Of a stretch of DNA of 64,000 nucleotides, positions 1 through 9,943 are shown piece by piece. The position numbers and the translations under genes are program-made. Within the stretch, counting starts at the first letter, position 1, and every line of letters starts with the position of its first letter. The stretch covers positions 1,632,001-1,696,000 of the forward strand of contig OY969564.1 of assembly GCA_963701095.1 (NCBI GenBank), read 5' to 3'. The notes below the pieces were generated by a model. The model searched no databases. It was not told where the DNA came from and saw only the letters and a program-made list of their open reading frames with translations. This DNA comes from an uncultured Methanoregulaceae archaeon (GTDB lineage: Archaea; Halobacteriota; Methanomicrobia; Methanomicrobiales; Methanospirillaceae).

Positions 1-833
1 GTTTCTGTAGTTATTCCAAATGAGGATATTGTTACTGGGCAATGGCACCAGATAACCGGATCCTATGACGGCCAGAAAATCAAAATCTACCTTGATGGGA
101 TCCTCAGAAGCCAGGTGAATGCATCCGGTTCAATTTATTATGCGGATGACAACGATGTCCTGATCGGTGCCAACGCAGGGCCCGGCGTTTATCCCGACCA
201 GAATTCGCCGGAATATCTCAATGGAGCTGTTGATGAAGTCAGGATCTACGATAGGGCAATTCAATACAGTGAGGAGATTGAAGACCGGTACGAATGTTCC
301 GCAGCAATTGGAACTGGGATTCTCTCACTTACCCCAAGCACACCTCCGGTATTTTTTACGTCCGGCTCCCTGAAACTGAGATCCGGAGAGATTGTTGAAA
401 AGCGTTTGATGTTTTCAAACCAGACAGAACAGGGTATCTGGCAGGTGATAGTTCCTCCCGGCTCAAAGCTGTCTGTCGATGCGACGGACACCTACGCCAA
501 TATCTACGGTGACGAATGGTACGTAGAGATCGGAGACCAGAACACCCGGCTCACGCGTATTGTTGCTTTCCCCGTCACGAACAATGCCCCGGCAACCGGC
601 ATTATTGAGTCAGGAAACGCGACAGTCCTTGTCCATTATTTCGGTGGCCCGGGCCGTTCCCGGCAAGTGTAGTTTTGACGTTTGACTGTACGACACCGGA
701 AACGCAAGCACCTTCCATGCCAAAAGCAATCCTTGAAAACCCTATCATTGTAATTTATTCTGCATCATGGGCAACACTGATCGCTCTTATTGTTGTAATC
801 GTTTGGGCCCATACGAGACGCAATAAAAAATAG
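1..833 (+). CDS. LamG/concanavalin-like jellyroll surface protein with C-terminal TM anchor (5' partial; frameshift near 650)
   Basis: Frame is open from base 1 (GQWHQITGSYDGQKIKIYLDG...LIG...LNGAVDEVRIYDRA, a LamG signature). After a frame switch near 650 it continues ...FPASVVLTFDC...IIVIYSASWATLIALIVVIVWAHTRRNKK* to 833 (TM helix plus basic tail). Confidence 0.75.
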
Positions 834-867
834 ATTCCTTTTCGCTCACTATAAAAACATAAAAAAA

Positions 868-1371
868 TCAGAGAGTAATTTCTCGGAACTGTTTCCCAAA
901 TACGCCGCAGATGGGGCACTTATCGGGAGCTTTACCTGTCTCAATGTTACCACAGACCGGGCAGAGAAAGATCTTTTCCCTGCTGATATCATGACCGGCT
1001 TTGAGAGCGGCAAGCGCTTTTTTATACAGTCCTGCGTGAACCTCTTCTGCCTTCATGGCATGCGTAAACGCAAGTACTGCTTCGCTTTTCTTCTCAGATT
1101 CAGCCTCTTTGATAAACCCGGGATACATGGATGTGTACTCATGTGTTTCCCCGGCAATGCTTCCCTCAAGATTTTTCTCGGTTTCGCCAATTGCATCGAG
1201 CACTTTCAAGAGTTTCTTTGCATGAATTGCTTCAGCCTCAGATGCGGCTTTGTAAAGGGTGGCGATATTCGTGAAACCTTCAGCAACAGCTTTTTCGGAA
1301 AACGCTGAATATTTCCTGTTAGCCTGGGATTCTCCGGCAAATGCCTCCATTGCATTTTTTTGGGTTGTCAT
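868..1371 (-). CDS. rbr: Rubrerythrin
   Basis: EAFAGESQA, EAIHA, ETHEY..MYP, EEVH diiron motifs and C-terminal rubredoxin-like CPVCG...CPICG. Confidence 0.93.
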   Translation of the reverse strand: MTTQKNAMEAFAGESQANRKYSAFSEKAVAEGFTNIATLYKAASEAEAIHAKKLLKVLDAIGETEKNLEGSIAGETHEYTSMYPGFIKEAESEKKSEAVLAFTHAMKAEEVHAGLYKKALAALKAGHDISREKIFLCPVCGNIETGKAPDKCPICGVFGKQFREITL

Positions 1372-1548
1372 ACGGGAACTATAGGTTAGATTTTACTTAA
1401 AGATTTTTCATGAGGCAGAGCATTTGAAATCTGGACCTTGAGCCTTTCCGAAGTGAAATGAAAGCAATTATAGTTGAGGGAACACTACGCATAGTGATAC
1501 GAGGGAATATACCGGTTTACAGGTATTTTGACCCGGCCGGGTAATACC

Positions 1549-2211
1549 ATGAAAAAAATGAAGGATGTCCCCGAAGGCGACCGACCGAGAGAAAAAATCG
1601 CAAAAAGGGGGGTTAATACCCTTACCGATACAGAACTCATCGAAGCGATCTTAGGAAGAGGCGTGCAGAACCGGGATGTCCGGGTAATTGCGCGTGATAT
1701 CACGGCGATGCTTCAGGATCCTGATCACCAGATCCGATATGAAGATCTTTTATCTGTCAATGGGACAGGACCAACAAAAGCGGCCCAGATTATGGCTTGT
1801 CTCGAACTGGGGCGTCGAAGGTACGAACCTACAGGAGTTATAAGGATTCAAAAACCAGAGGATGTTCTGCAGCTGGTCAGTTCCTACCGGGAAAAGCCTC
1901 AGGAATATTTCATTTGTATCTCACTGACGGGAGCTGGAGAGGTTATCCGGAGTCGCGTGGTTACTATTGGAATCCTCAACCACAGCCTTGTCCACCCCCG
2001 GGAGGTATTTGCTGGGGCAATTACCGACCGGGCAGCATCCGTCATATGTGTGCACAACCATCCTTCAGGAACCCTCGAAGCAAGCCCGCAGGATATAGCA
2101 ATCACAAAACAACTTCATGAAGCAGGAGTACTTCTCGGTATCCAGCTCCTCGATCATCTCATCATAACGCGGACCGGCTTTTCCAGTATGAAGGAAAAAG
2201 GGTTGGTCTGA
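1549..2211 (+). CDS. radC: RadC/UPF0758 family JAB-domain protein
   Basis: RPREK N-terminus, HhH-like GTGPTKA, VHPREVF, HNHPSG..S..D JAMM motif, LLDHLII. Confidence 0.92.
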   Translation: MKKMKDVPEGDRPREKIAKRGVNTLTDTELIEAILGRGVQNRDVRVIARDITAMLQDPDHQIRYEDLLSVNGTGPTKAAQIMACLELGRRRYEPTGVIRIQKPEDVLQLVSSYREKPQEYFICISLTGAGEVIRSRVVTIGILNHSLVHPREVFAGAITDRAASVICVHNHPSGTLEASPQDIAITKQLHEAGVLLGIQLLDHLIITRTGFSSMKEKGLV

Positions 2212-2258
2212 GTAATAATCAGTAGAAAAGAGGGATACTTCCCGTTTTACCGGAAGAC

Positions 2259-2852
2259 TTACTGGGAAAAAGACTTTCCGAATGCAAATCCCTTTTTATA
2301 GGCCGCATCAAGGAGATCCGGCCGCGTCGTAATATCCCTGATTTTATCCATATCACTGATCAGCAGTTCATCCTGGAACCGGCAATCGATAATATCAAAA
2401 AATGCCTGCGTCGTAAGTTTTGCACCCACAAACACTTCGGGAATGTCCATCCCGGAGATACAGATGAATATACCGGCACGCCTTTTTTTTTGGTCCGATG
2501 GGACAAGAGATTGTTTCCGTTGGTATTTGGCCATGAAAAAGACCTGGAACCTGTCCATAAACGATTTGAGTGTCCCGGGGATTCCCATAGTCATCACCGG
2601 TGTGGCAAGGATCAGACCATCCACATCCACAAATTTCGGATACATCTGTTGCATGTCATCATCAAGGACGCAGGTCTCGTGTTCACGGCAGAAAAACATT
2701 TCCTGACATCCCTGAAAATCAAGATTCGTGACGGTGATGAGTTCCACCGTGCATCCGGCTTCCCTGGCACCCCGCACTGCCTGTGCCAATAATTGTGCAG
2801 TATTACCCTCATGGAGGGGGCTGCCGAGGAGAGCGATTACCTTTGGTGCCAT
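2259..2852 (-). CDS. Iron-sulfur flavoprotein / flavodoxin-like NADPH-dependent FMN reductase family
   Basis: KVIALLGSP..GNT, DDDMQ, LATPV, LKSFMDR; start taken at MAPKV (2852). Confidence 0.85.
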   Translation of the reverse strand: MAPKVIALLGSPLHEGNTAQLLAQAVRGAREAGCTVELITVTNLDFQGCQEMFFCREHETCVLDDDMQQMYPKFVDVDGLILATPVMTMGIPGTLKSFMDRFQVFFMAKYQRKQSLVPSDQKKRRAGIFICISGMDIPEVFVGAKLTTQAFFDIIDCRFQDELLISDMDKIRDITTRPDLLDAAYKKGFAFGKSFSQ

Positions 2853-2976
2853 ACCTGCATTAGGGGGAAAAAACCGATATAGTTTTGCATAGAAGATCAT
2901 AACCGATGGCGGATTGTAGTATAGACGGACGTACGAACACAACTGATAAATATCATTGATTTAAAAGTGAAGTCTG

Positions 2977-3216
2977 GTGGTAAGTCTGACCGAACAAAAA
3001 ACATATACGGCAGGCCAGAAGGTCGGGCCGGGAAAATATGTATGCATTGATTGTGGTAAGGAACTCACGCTTGATAAGAGCGAACAGGATCTTAGGAAAT
3101 GCCCGGCATGCTCATGCGAGGAATACCAGTGTTTCCCGATGACCCATATCCGGCCAGACATCAAGACTCCTGAAGATGCCAAAAACCCGCCAAAACGAGG
3201 CAAGAGTTTCCAGTAA
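2977..3216 (+). CDS. Small zinc-ribbon protein
   Basis: YTAGQKVGPGKYVCIDCG...CPACSC with two CxxC pairs. Confidence 0.7.
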   Translation: MVSLTEQKTYTAGQKVGPGKYVCIDCGKELTLDKSEQDLRKCPACSCEEYQCFPMTHIRPDIKTPEDAKNPPKRGKSFQ

Positions 3217-3335
3217 TTTCTTATTTTTCCTGCAATGGTACTGCCCAATCGTGAATGCCCAGAACAGCCATTCCAAGGTCTGTTTCTGGGGCAGAGATTG
3301 TCACAGGACAAAACTGCGAAAGGAGAAAATAACGT

Positions 3336-3464
3336 ATGGTGAACGTATCTGCAGTGGGACAGGTCTTTAAGTGTGAGATCTGTGGAAATGTTGTTGTAGT
3401 AAAAGAATCCGGCGGCGGAGAACTGATCTGCTGTGGTGAACCGATGATACTGGAGAGTGGATGA
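3336..3464 (+). CDS. Desulforedoxin-like FeS4 protein (42 aa, not in ORF track)
   Basis: Manual translation [42 protein letters not shown], the CxxC...CC desulforedoxin motif; AGGAGA upstream; stop overlaps the next ATG. Confidence 0.9.
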   Translation: MVNVSAVGQVFKCEICGNVVVVKESGGGELICCGEPMILESG

Positions 3465-3844
3465 TTATGGTTGCAAAAAAGGTTGTTAATAAAAGCAAAA
3501 CTGCAAAAGAACTCAAAGGATTGGAAAAGAAAATCGGAAAAGTTCCCAAATTCTTCCAGGAACTGACGGTAAACGATCCAGAAATGTACAATCTTGTCAT
3601 CAAGATGGAAGATCATATATGGGACGATGGCAAGCTCACGAGGAAGACTAAGAAACTCATTGCCATTGCAATTGCAGCAGCATTGCGTGACCCGCATGCT
3701 GTCCATGCCCAGCTTATAGGTGCTGCAAACCTTGGTGTCACAAAAGCTGAGGTTGAAGAAGCACTACGGGTTACATTCCTTCTCTCAGGCATGCCGGCAT
3801 ATGTATACGGCAAAGCCCAGCTCGATGAAGTAATGAAAAAGTAA
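3461..3844 (+). CDS. Carboxymuconolactone decarboxylase (AhpD-like) family protein
   Basis: [18 protein letters not shown]...[13 protein letters not shown]...SGMPA CMD pattern; contains no Cys. Confidence 0.85.
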   Translation: MIMVAKKVVNKSKTAKELKGLEKKIGKVPKFFQELTVNDPEMYNLVIKMEDHIWDDGKLTRKTKKLIAIAIAAALRDPHAVHAQLIGAANLGVTKAEVEEALRVTFLLSGMPAYVYGKAQLDEVMKK

Positions 3845-3946
3845 TCGCGTGAAATTAGGATTCCTCATTTTTCTGGAATAGCCGGATATTTTTCTTTATA
3901 ATGTTGTATCCAATTCTTTTTCACTAACTATATCCAAGCATCATCT

Positions 3947-4573
3947 ATGCCTGTAAAAGTCCTTGCGTTTGCCGGAAGTCCACGCAGATTTGGTAATTCG
4001 GAAACGCTGCTCGACTGGACTCTTGCATCTATGGCAGAAGAGCAGGACGTTATTATTGAAAAGGTCCCACTCACTGATGCGAATGTCAATCCTTGCCGGG
4101 GATGCAACGCGTGTGAAAAACTCAACAAATGTGTCCAGCGAGACGGGATGGACATCTTGCACAACAAGATTATCGAAGCGGATTGCATCGTCCTTTCATC
4201 CCCGATTTTCTGTATGGGGCTGTGCTCGCAGGTTAAAGCCCTTGTTGACCGTGCACAGGTTTTCCGGTCACGGAAATATGTGCTCAAACTGCCGGTGGTC
4301 CCCGCTGAGAGGCTTGGTAAACGTATGGGGGTCTTCATTTCGACAGCTGGACAAACATGGCCACATGTTTTTGACGCAGCCGTTCCTTCGGTCAAATGCT
4401 TCTATCATGTGATCGAAATCAGGGATGTAGACATACGATATCTTATGATCAACGGAGTCGATGAGAAAGGGGCGATTGAGCATCACCCAGCTGCCCGGTT
4501 AGACGCCGAAAAACTGGGAAAATCCGTCATCGCTGATTTAAAAAAGCGGTTAGAAGAGGAACCGATACCATGA
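3947..4573 (+). CDS. Iron-sulfur flavoprotein (flavodoxin family)
   Basis: GSPRRFGNSE, CRGCNACEKLNKC cluster motif, SSPIF, KALVDR. Confidence 0.9.
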   Translation: MPVKVLAFAGSPRRFGNSETLLDWTLASMAEEQDVIIEKVPLTDANVNPCRGCNACEKLNKCVQRDGMDILHNKIIEADCIVLSSPIFCMGLCSQVKALVDRAQVFRSRKYVLKLPVVPAERLGKRMGVFISTAGQTWPHVFDAAVPSVKCFYHVIEIRDVDIRYLMINGVDEKGAIEHHPAARLDAEKLGKSVIADLKKRLEEEPIP

Positions 4574-5178
4574 CCGTCAAGGTACTTGGTATATCGGGTA
4601 GTCCCCGCCGGCATGGAAATACTGAGACCTTGCTTGACAGTTTCCTCGAAGGGGCTAAAGCAGCGGGGGCGTCTGTGGAAAAAGTTGTGCTTAAAGAGAT
4701 CGATTATTCTCCCTGTCGGGGGTGTAATGCATGCCACAGGACCGGCGAATGCATTGTTAATGACGATGCTCCGGGCCTCTATGAAAAAATATTGGCAGTC
4801 GACTGTCTGGCAGTAGCCTCCCCCATCTACAGCATGGGGATTACCGCCCAGCTTAAGGGGTTTATTGACCGGGCGCAATATCTCTGGGCGCGAAAATTCA
4901 TCCTCAAAACCCTTGAATTTTCAGAAGAACATATCAAACAGCATAAAGGCGTCTTTATTTCCACCGCCGGACAAAATCTTGCCAATGTGTTTGATGCAGC
5001 GTTCCCGGCGATCACTGCCCTCTTTCATGGCACAGGGTTCGATTATTCTCTAAACATCGTTGCCAACAATATGGATCAATATAACGGGATTAAGAACCAT
5101 CCGACAGCTTTGAAAGAGGCATACGAGCAGGGAAAGCAGATTGTAGGTAATCTGGAGAAGGTTATTGCACCCTTGTAA
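4570..5178 (+). CDS. Iron-sulfur flavoprotein (flavodoxin family), tandem paralog
   Basis: GSPRRHGNTE, CRGCNACHRTGEC, ASPIY, KGFIDR; ATGA overlap with the upstream paralog. Confidence 0.9.
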   Translation: MTVKVLGISGSPRRHGNTETLLDSFLEGAKAAGASVEKVVLKEIDYSPCRGCNACHRTGECIVNDDAPGLYEKILAVDCLAVASPIYSMGITAQLKGFIDRAQYLWARKFILKTLEFSEEHIKQHKGVFISTAGQNLANVFDAAFPAITALFHGTGFDYSLNIVANNMDQYNGIKNHPTALKEAYEQGKQIVGNLEKVIAPL

Positions 5179-5189
5179 AAATGAGATTC

Positions 5190-5855
5190 TCAAAAAAGTA
5201 TCAGAGAATATAGAAGGAGCTGAATCAGCACGCCGAATGAGGCCACAATCAAAAGGATAAATACGGCTATATTCCAGGATAAAACTTTGTTCCCATCGAG
5301 AATGCTGATGGGGAGCATATTGAACGTGGCGATCATGGCATTTATCTGAACCCCGAATAAACCGATCTGGGCAAGCAGGTTTCCCGATGCAAGGGACGAG
5401 ACCCCGCCAACCAAGAGGAGACCGGCAAATGGTATACAGAGAAGGAGATTGGTAAGCGGGCCGGCTGCCGAGATTTTGCCATTTTCTTCACGACTAATTG
5501 TCCTGCCGTCAAGCCTAACGTTGTAGATAACAGTCGCGCCGGGGGCGGCAAAGACAAAACCCACCAATGCAGTTAGTGCAACTGCGACAAGGAGCATAAA
5601 ATTATTTTTTCTGAATTCAGCCCAGAATCCGAATTTTATCGCAGCAAATTTATGCGCCAGTTCGTGCAGAACGAGCCCAATACCTGCAGTAAGGAGCGCA
5701 ATTACAAAATAGGTCAGGGCTTCTGTCGGACCTACGGGCGATATATAACCAAGAATACCATAGGGTGCCAGTTTAATGATGGCAAAGGAAAGAGATATTG
5801 CCAACCATGCGGCAAAAAGATCATATTCCTCGCGCCGTGTGATTTTTTCGAGCAT
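5190..5855 (-). CDS. Site-2 (M50) membrane metalloprotease
   Basis: HELAH, AAGPLTN, FNMLP..LDG motifs within hydrophobic segments. Confidence 0.9.
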   Translation of the reverse strand: MLEKITRREEYDLFAAWLAISLSFAIIKLAPYGILGYISPVGPTEALTYFVIALLTAGIGLVLHELAHKFAAIKFGFWAEFRKNNFMLLVAVALTALVGFVFAAPGATVIYNVRLDGRTISREENGKISAAGPLTNLLLCIPFAGLLLVGGVSSLASGNLLAQIGLFGVQINAMIATFNMLPISILDGNKVLSWNIAVFILLIVASFGVLIQLLLYSLILF

Positions 5856-5938
5856 GATACTACCGGATCAGATAGGTTGTTTCTGTCTTATTTGTCTTCG
5901 CGTCATGTTTATCACTTTTTCCTGCGATGTACATTCCT

Positions 5939-6238
5939 ATGAGTATTGAAGAAGTAAGGTCGGAGATAACTCAGATCGACGAAGAAATCATCCACCTCAT
6001 CGCACAACGGCAGGCCCTTGCCGGGAAAATTGCCGTCATTAAGCAGGAACGAGAGATTCCCATACATGACAACCAACGCAAAATTGACGTTCTGGATTAT
6101 GTGACAAAACTTGCAAAAGCAAACCATATCGATCCGGTCCCGGTGAAGGGAATCTTCGAGACACTTATAGGTATGAATGAGAAAGCACAACGGGCGGCTT
6201 TGGAAAAACCCGTCCCGAAAAAAAGATCCCATAAATAA
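5939..6238 (+). CDS. Chorismate mutase (AroQ type II)
   Basis: IEEVRSEITQIDEEIIHLIAQR..A..IA..K..IHD..R pattern. Confidence 0.85.
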   Translation: MSIEEVRSEITQIDEEIIHLIAQRQALAGKIAVIKQEREIPIHDNQRKIDVLDYVTKLAKANHIDPVPVKGIFETLIGMNEKAQRAALEKPVPKKRSHK

Positions 6239-6295
6239 TTTTTATTCCAGATTTTAGCATTATTTTATAAAAAATAAGGATTTCTCACACGACCT

Positions 6296-7375
6296 TCACA
6301 GAAGTCGAGGCCCAAAGATAATGAAAATCCCTACAAGAATCATTGCGAGGCCGATAACAACCCGGAGCTTCCGGCGATGATCCACCCTCCATGCATTGAC
6401 CCGTTCCGGCGGAATTCCAATTACAACTGCGAGAAGGATGATTATGAGCGGGAGAATGAAAATAACGTTGTAGAGAAGCAGGTAAGGAATCCCTTCTGAG
6501 AGCGTCATTGTGCTGCTCATCAGGCTGAGGATGGTCAGGTAGATTCCCCCAGTGCAGGGAAGTTCGAAAATTCCCACAAGAACCCCCAGAATAAATGCAG
6601 CAGGAAGCGTTGCTGTAACAATATATAGTTCGATGATCTCTTTTTTCGAAGCAGGGATGGCAAGGATAAATCCCTCCTTCTTTACGGCGGCGTCAATAAT
6701 ATAGATCAAACCAAGAACGATGGCGATAAGTGCCGCTGCCGTCGATATCAGACTCGAAACCCCGGATACCTGCACAAAAGAGAGAACCCCTATACCGGAG
6801 AGGAAATAAAACAAAAAGACGGCTGCGATATAGGTAAAGCCTACCATCAGGACCTGCCGGCGCGTCTGGAGCGCTATAATGGAAAGGAGGAGGATGACAA
6901 GAACCGAAAACGCACACGGATTAATACTATCAATCCCGGCGCAGAATATGACCAGTGGAATGGTCAGAGCTGTGAAGGTGCCAGGACAGTTTTTCGTCGC
7001 GGTTACATTCACCTTCCCGTATGAAACGTTCGAAGGAGAAGCCATATCTTCCTGGATTACCTGTTCGAGCTGGTCTCTGATCTGATCTTCACCTACAAGA
7101 GCCTGATCACCAATGATGACAGTAGGAACTCCTGCTGACGTGATACCCAGTTTTTGATCCATCGCAAGGAAAAATGCCTGGTTGGTGGCATTATGGTAGA
7201 CCTCGAGCTGTTCAAGTTCAAGATCCGGGTACCGGGCCTGTATTTGTAAGATGAACGGTTTTATGTCGTCGCAATGACTGCACCCCTCACCGTAGAAAAA
7301 ATATCCAATTATCGTAAGGTTTGGAGCAGCTGTTTCGAGAGAAGAGGGGGAAGATTGGGATATTGAACCTGACAA
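6296..7375 (-). CDS. Thioredoxin-like domain plus CcdA/DsbD-like transmembrane domain (probably the C-terminal part of a fusion with 7384-7788)
   Basis: FFYGEGCSHC...GVPTVIIG, then TM helices with DSINPCA and ELPCTGG cysteines; TTG start and no signal peptide of its own. Confidence 0.8.
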   Translation of the reverse strand: MSGSISQSSPSSLETAAPNLTIIGYFFYGEGCSHCDDIKPFILQIQARYPDLELEQLEVYHNATNQAFFLAMDQKLGITSAGVPTVIIGDQALVGEDQIRDQLEQVIQEDMASPSNVSYGKVNVTATKNCPGTFTALTIPLVIFCAGIDSINPCAFSVLVILLLSIIALQTRRQVLMVGFTYIAAVFLFYFLSGIGVLSFVQVSGVSSLISTAAALIAIVLGLIYIIDAAVKKEGFILAIPASKKEIIELYIVTATLPAAFILGVLVGIFELPCTGGIYLTILSLMSSTMTLSEGIPYLLLYNVIFILPLIIILLAVVIGIPPERVNAWRVDHRRKLRVVIGLAMILVGIFIIFGPRLL

Positions 7376-7383
7376 ATCCGTTG

Positions 7384-7788
7384 TTACTTTTTTTTTTCAA
7401 TGACCCGAAGGTATGCCTCGAGTTTATTCGGTATATCCTGATCCCCGACCAGTACCGTTTTGCCAATAACAATTTCAGGTACACCGGGGGGAGTGGAAAT
7501 ACCGGCCTGGGCGTTTACCTGTGTATAGATCTGCTGGTTTGTCTGGTTATACCAGACCTCGAGCATCCGGATATCCACATCAGGATACTCTTTTGTCATA
7601 TTTTCCATAAACGGTTCGACTTTAGCACAGTGGGGACATCCCTGGCCATAGAAATAATAGACTATACTATCGTTTACGGGTAATGAGACGTTCGTCGGTG
7701 CTGACGGTGCAAAGAAAACAAGGTATGCCACACTCCCTGCAGCAACGACGATAAACAATGCAATAATAAATTGTATGATTTTATCCAT
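7384..7788 (-). CDS. Membrane-anchored thioredoxin/glutaredoxin-like protein
   Basis: N-terminal TM helix, YFYGQGCPHC, GVPEIVIG; ends GAA AAA AAA AAG TAA. Confidence 0.85.
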   Translation of the reverse strand: MDKIIQFIIALFIVVAAGSVAYLVFFAPSAPTNVSLPVNDSIVYYFYGQGCPHCAKVEPFMENMTKEYPDVDIRMLEVWYNQTNQQIYTQVNAQAGISTPPGVPEIVIGKTVLVGDQDIPNKLEAYLRVIEKKK

Positions 7789-7866
7789 AGGGTAACCTCT
7801 GCCCGCTTTCTGTTTCGGGAGCACGGGTTATTGCAGGTAAATATTACCATGGCTTGGCAAAAAAAC

Positions 7867-8743
7867 CTACTGGAGGGAGATCATTGTCCCCACTCCATCG
7901 CGAGTGAAGAGTTCGAGAATGAGGTTATGCTCTACGTTGCCGTTGATAATATGAGCGAACCTGACACCGTTTTCGACAGACTTTAATGACAGAAGTCACT
8001 TTCGGGATCATTCCCTCCCCTATGGCCCCAGAAGAAAGGAGAGAATCTGCTTCGCTGACAGAGAGTTTGCGGAAGATATGGGTTCGTTTCGCATCCATCA
8101 CGCCGTCAACGTCTGTCATATTGATCAACTTGTATGCCTTGAGTGCTACGGCAATGTCACCTGCAGCAGTATCTGCATTTATGTTAAGGTTACCTCCGAA
8201 CCTATCAATGGCAATAGGTGAGATGACCGGGATATAGCCCTCTCCAAGGAGTGTATTAAGAAGTGCAGGATCGATCCATTCGATTTCGCCGACACGCCCG
8301 AGATCTACTTCCTGTTCCACGCCTTCTACTTTGACTTTCTGGAGATCCATCTTCTTTGCGAGAATGATATTCCCGTCGCTTCCTGAAAGCCCCACACCCC
8401 TGGCTCCGCATTTTGCAATAAGGGAGATGATTCCCTTGTTGATCTTGCCGACAAGTACCATCTGGGCAATCTCAAGTGTTTCCGGATCCGTTACGCGCAA
8501 ACCCCCGACAAAGACCGACTCTTTCCCGAGTGCCTTCATCTTCTCGGTAATCTCAGGACCTCCGCCATGGACTAATACAACCCGGATCCCCACGTAGTGA
8601 AGGAGCACAGCGTCCTTTATGGCGTTTTCAAGGACAACCGGATCGACCATAGCATGCCCACCAAGCTTGATCACGATCGTTTTACCGTGAAACTGCTGGA
8701 TATAGGGAAGTGCTTCCATCAGCACATCTTCGCGTTTCATCAT
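7867..8743 (-). CDS. argB: Acetylglutamate kinase (frameshift near 7980)
   Basis: [35 protein letters not shown]; true C-terminus [12 protein letters not shown]...[13 protein letters not shown] lies in a shifted frame ending at 7867. Confidence 0.95.
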
Positions 8744-9898
8744 GTTGTGTACTTCCCGTTGATTTCAACATATTTTTCGGTGAGGTCACAACCCCACGCT
8801 GTAGCTTCTTCTTTTCCCGCTCCAAGATCGAGCTCGAAGATAACCTTGTCTCCGCGCATAGCTGCCTTCAGCTTTAGTCAGGTCGGCAATAATCTCCCCG
8901 GATTTCACCAGGGGGTACTTGTTATTTCCGTCGCTAATCCAGAGCGAGACAGCGTTCGGATCGAATTTCACGCCCGCACGACCGGCAGCTGCGATGACAC
9001 GGCCCCAATTGGGATCCTCCCCGTAAACCGCTGTCTTCACCAGCGGCGATTCGATAACGACCCGGGCAACTTTTGCGGCAGCAGCCTCTTTTGTGGCGCC
9101 TCTGACGGTGACTTCGAGCAGCTTGCTTGCCCCTTCGCCATCGGCGGCAATCTGTTGCGCGAGTGATCGGCAGCACGTCTCGAGTATACCTGAGAATTCC
9201 CGGGGATTTACCTTCCCGGATTCCCCGGTTGCAATGCAAAGTGCAATGTCGTTTGTGCTCATATCGCCGTCTACAACCACCCGGTTAAATGTTCGGGTCG
9301 TAGCGAGCTTGAGCGCCTCTTTAAGGGACTTTTCATCAATCGATGCATCGGTGCAGATAAACGCAATCATGGTCCCCATATTAGGTGCGATCATGCCGCT
9401 TCCCTTAGCGATGGCCCCGATGGTGAAATCTTCACTTTCGACAAGAGCATGCTTTGGCTTGAGATCGGTAGTCATGATCGCACGGACTGTACTATCCTCG
9501 GCATCGGGTGTTGAAGTGAGGTTCAGAGCAACATCTGCACACTGGCGCCGGATAAGGGGCATGTCAAGGTACCGGCCAATAACCCCGGTGCTTGCTACCC
9601 CTACCGAATTACTGTCCACGCCAAGGGCTGAACCGGCATATTCCGTCATTGTGACAGCATCTTCGTATCCCTTCGTACCGGTATATGCATTCGCGCAGCC
9701 GCTGTTTGCGATGATCGCATCCAGTCTGCCTTTTTTTATCTGCTTTCGCATCAGTTCAATCGGTGCCGCCTTGGCAAGATTGGCAGTAAATACGCCAGCG
9801 GCCGTTCCGCTCGCCCGGATGAGGGCGAGACCGAACTTTCCTTCCTTTACACCGTTTGCGGTGACTCCTTTTACTGCACAGAGACTCTTAAAGGACAT
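8740..9898 (-). CDS. argJ: Ornithine acetyltransferase / N-acetylglutamate synthase (frameshift near 8869)
   Basis: [46 protein letters not shown]; shifted C-terminus [19 protein letters not shown]. Confidence 0.95.
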
Positions 9899-9943
9899 AT
9901 GTGTCGTTCCTCCGATAATGGCCGTTATTGATCATCAGATGTA

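Noticed and set aside
717..833. Stand-alone 38-aa membrane microprotein
   Set aside because: Its frame is open back to about 650 and fits as the frameshifted C-terminal anchor of the LamG protein.
1549..2211. radC as a marker of a mobile element or defence island
   Set aside because: It is the full-length chromosomal type, with no integrase, transposase, att sites or defence genes nearby.
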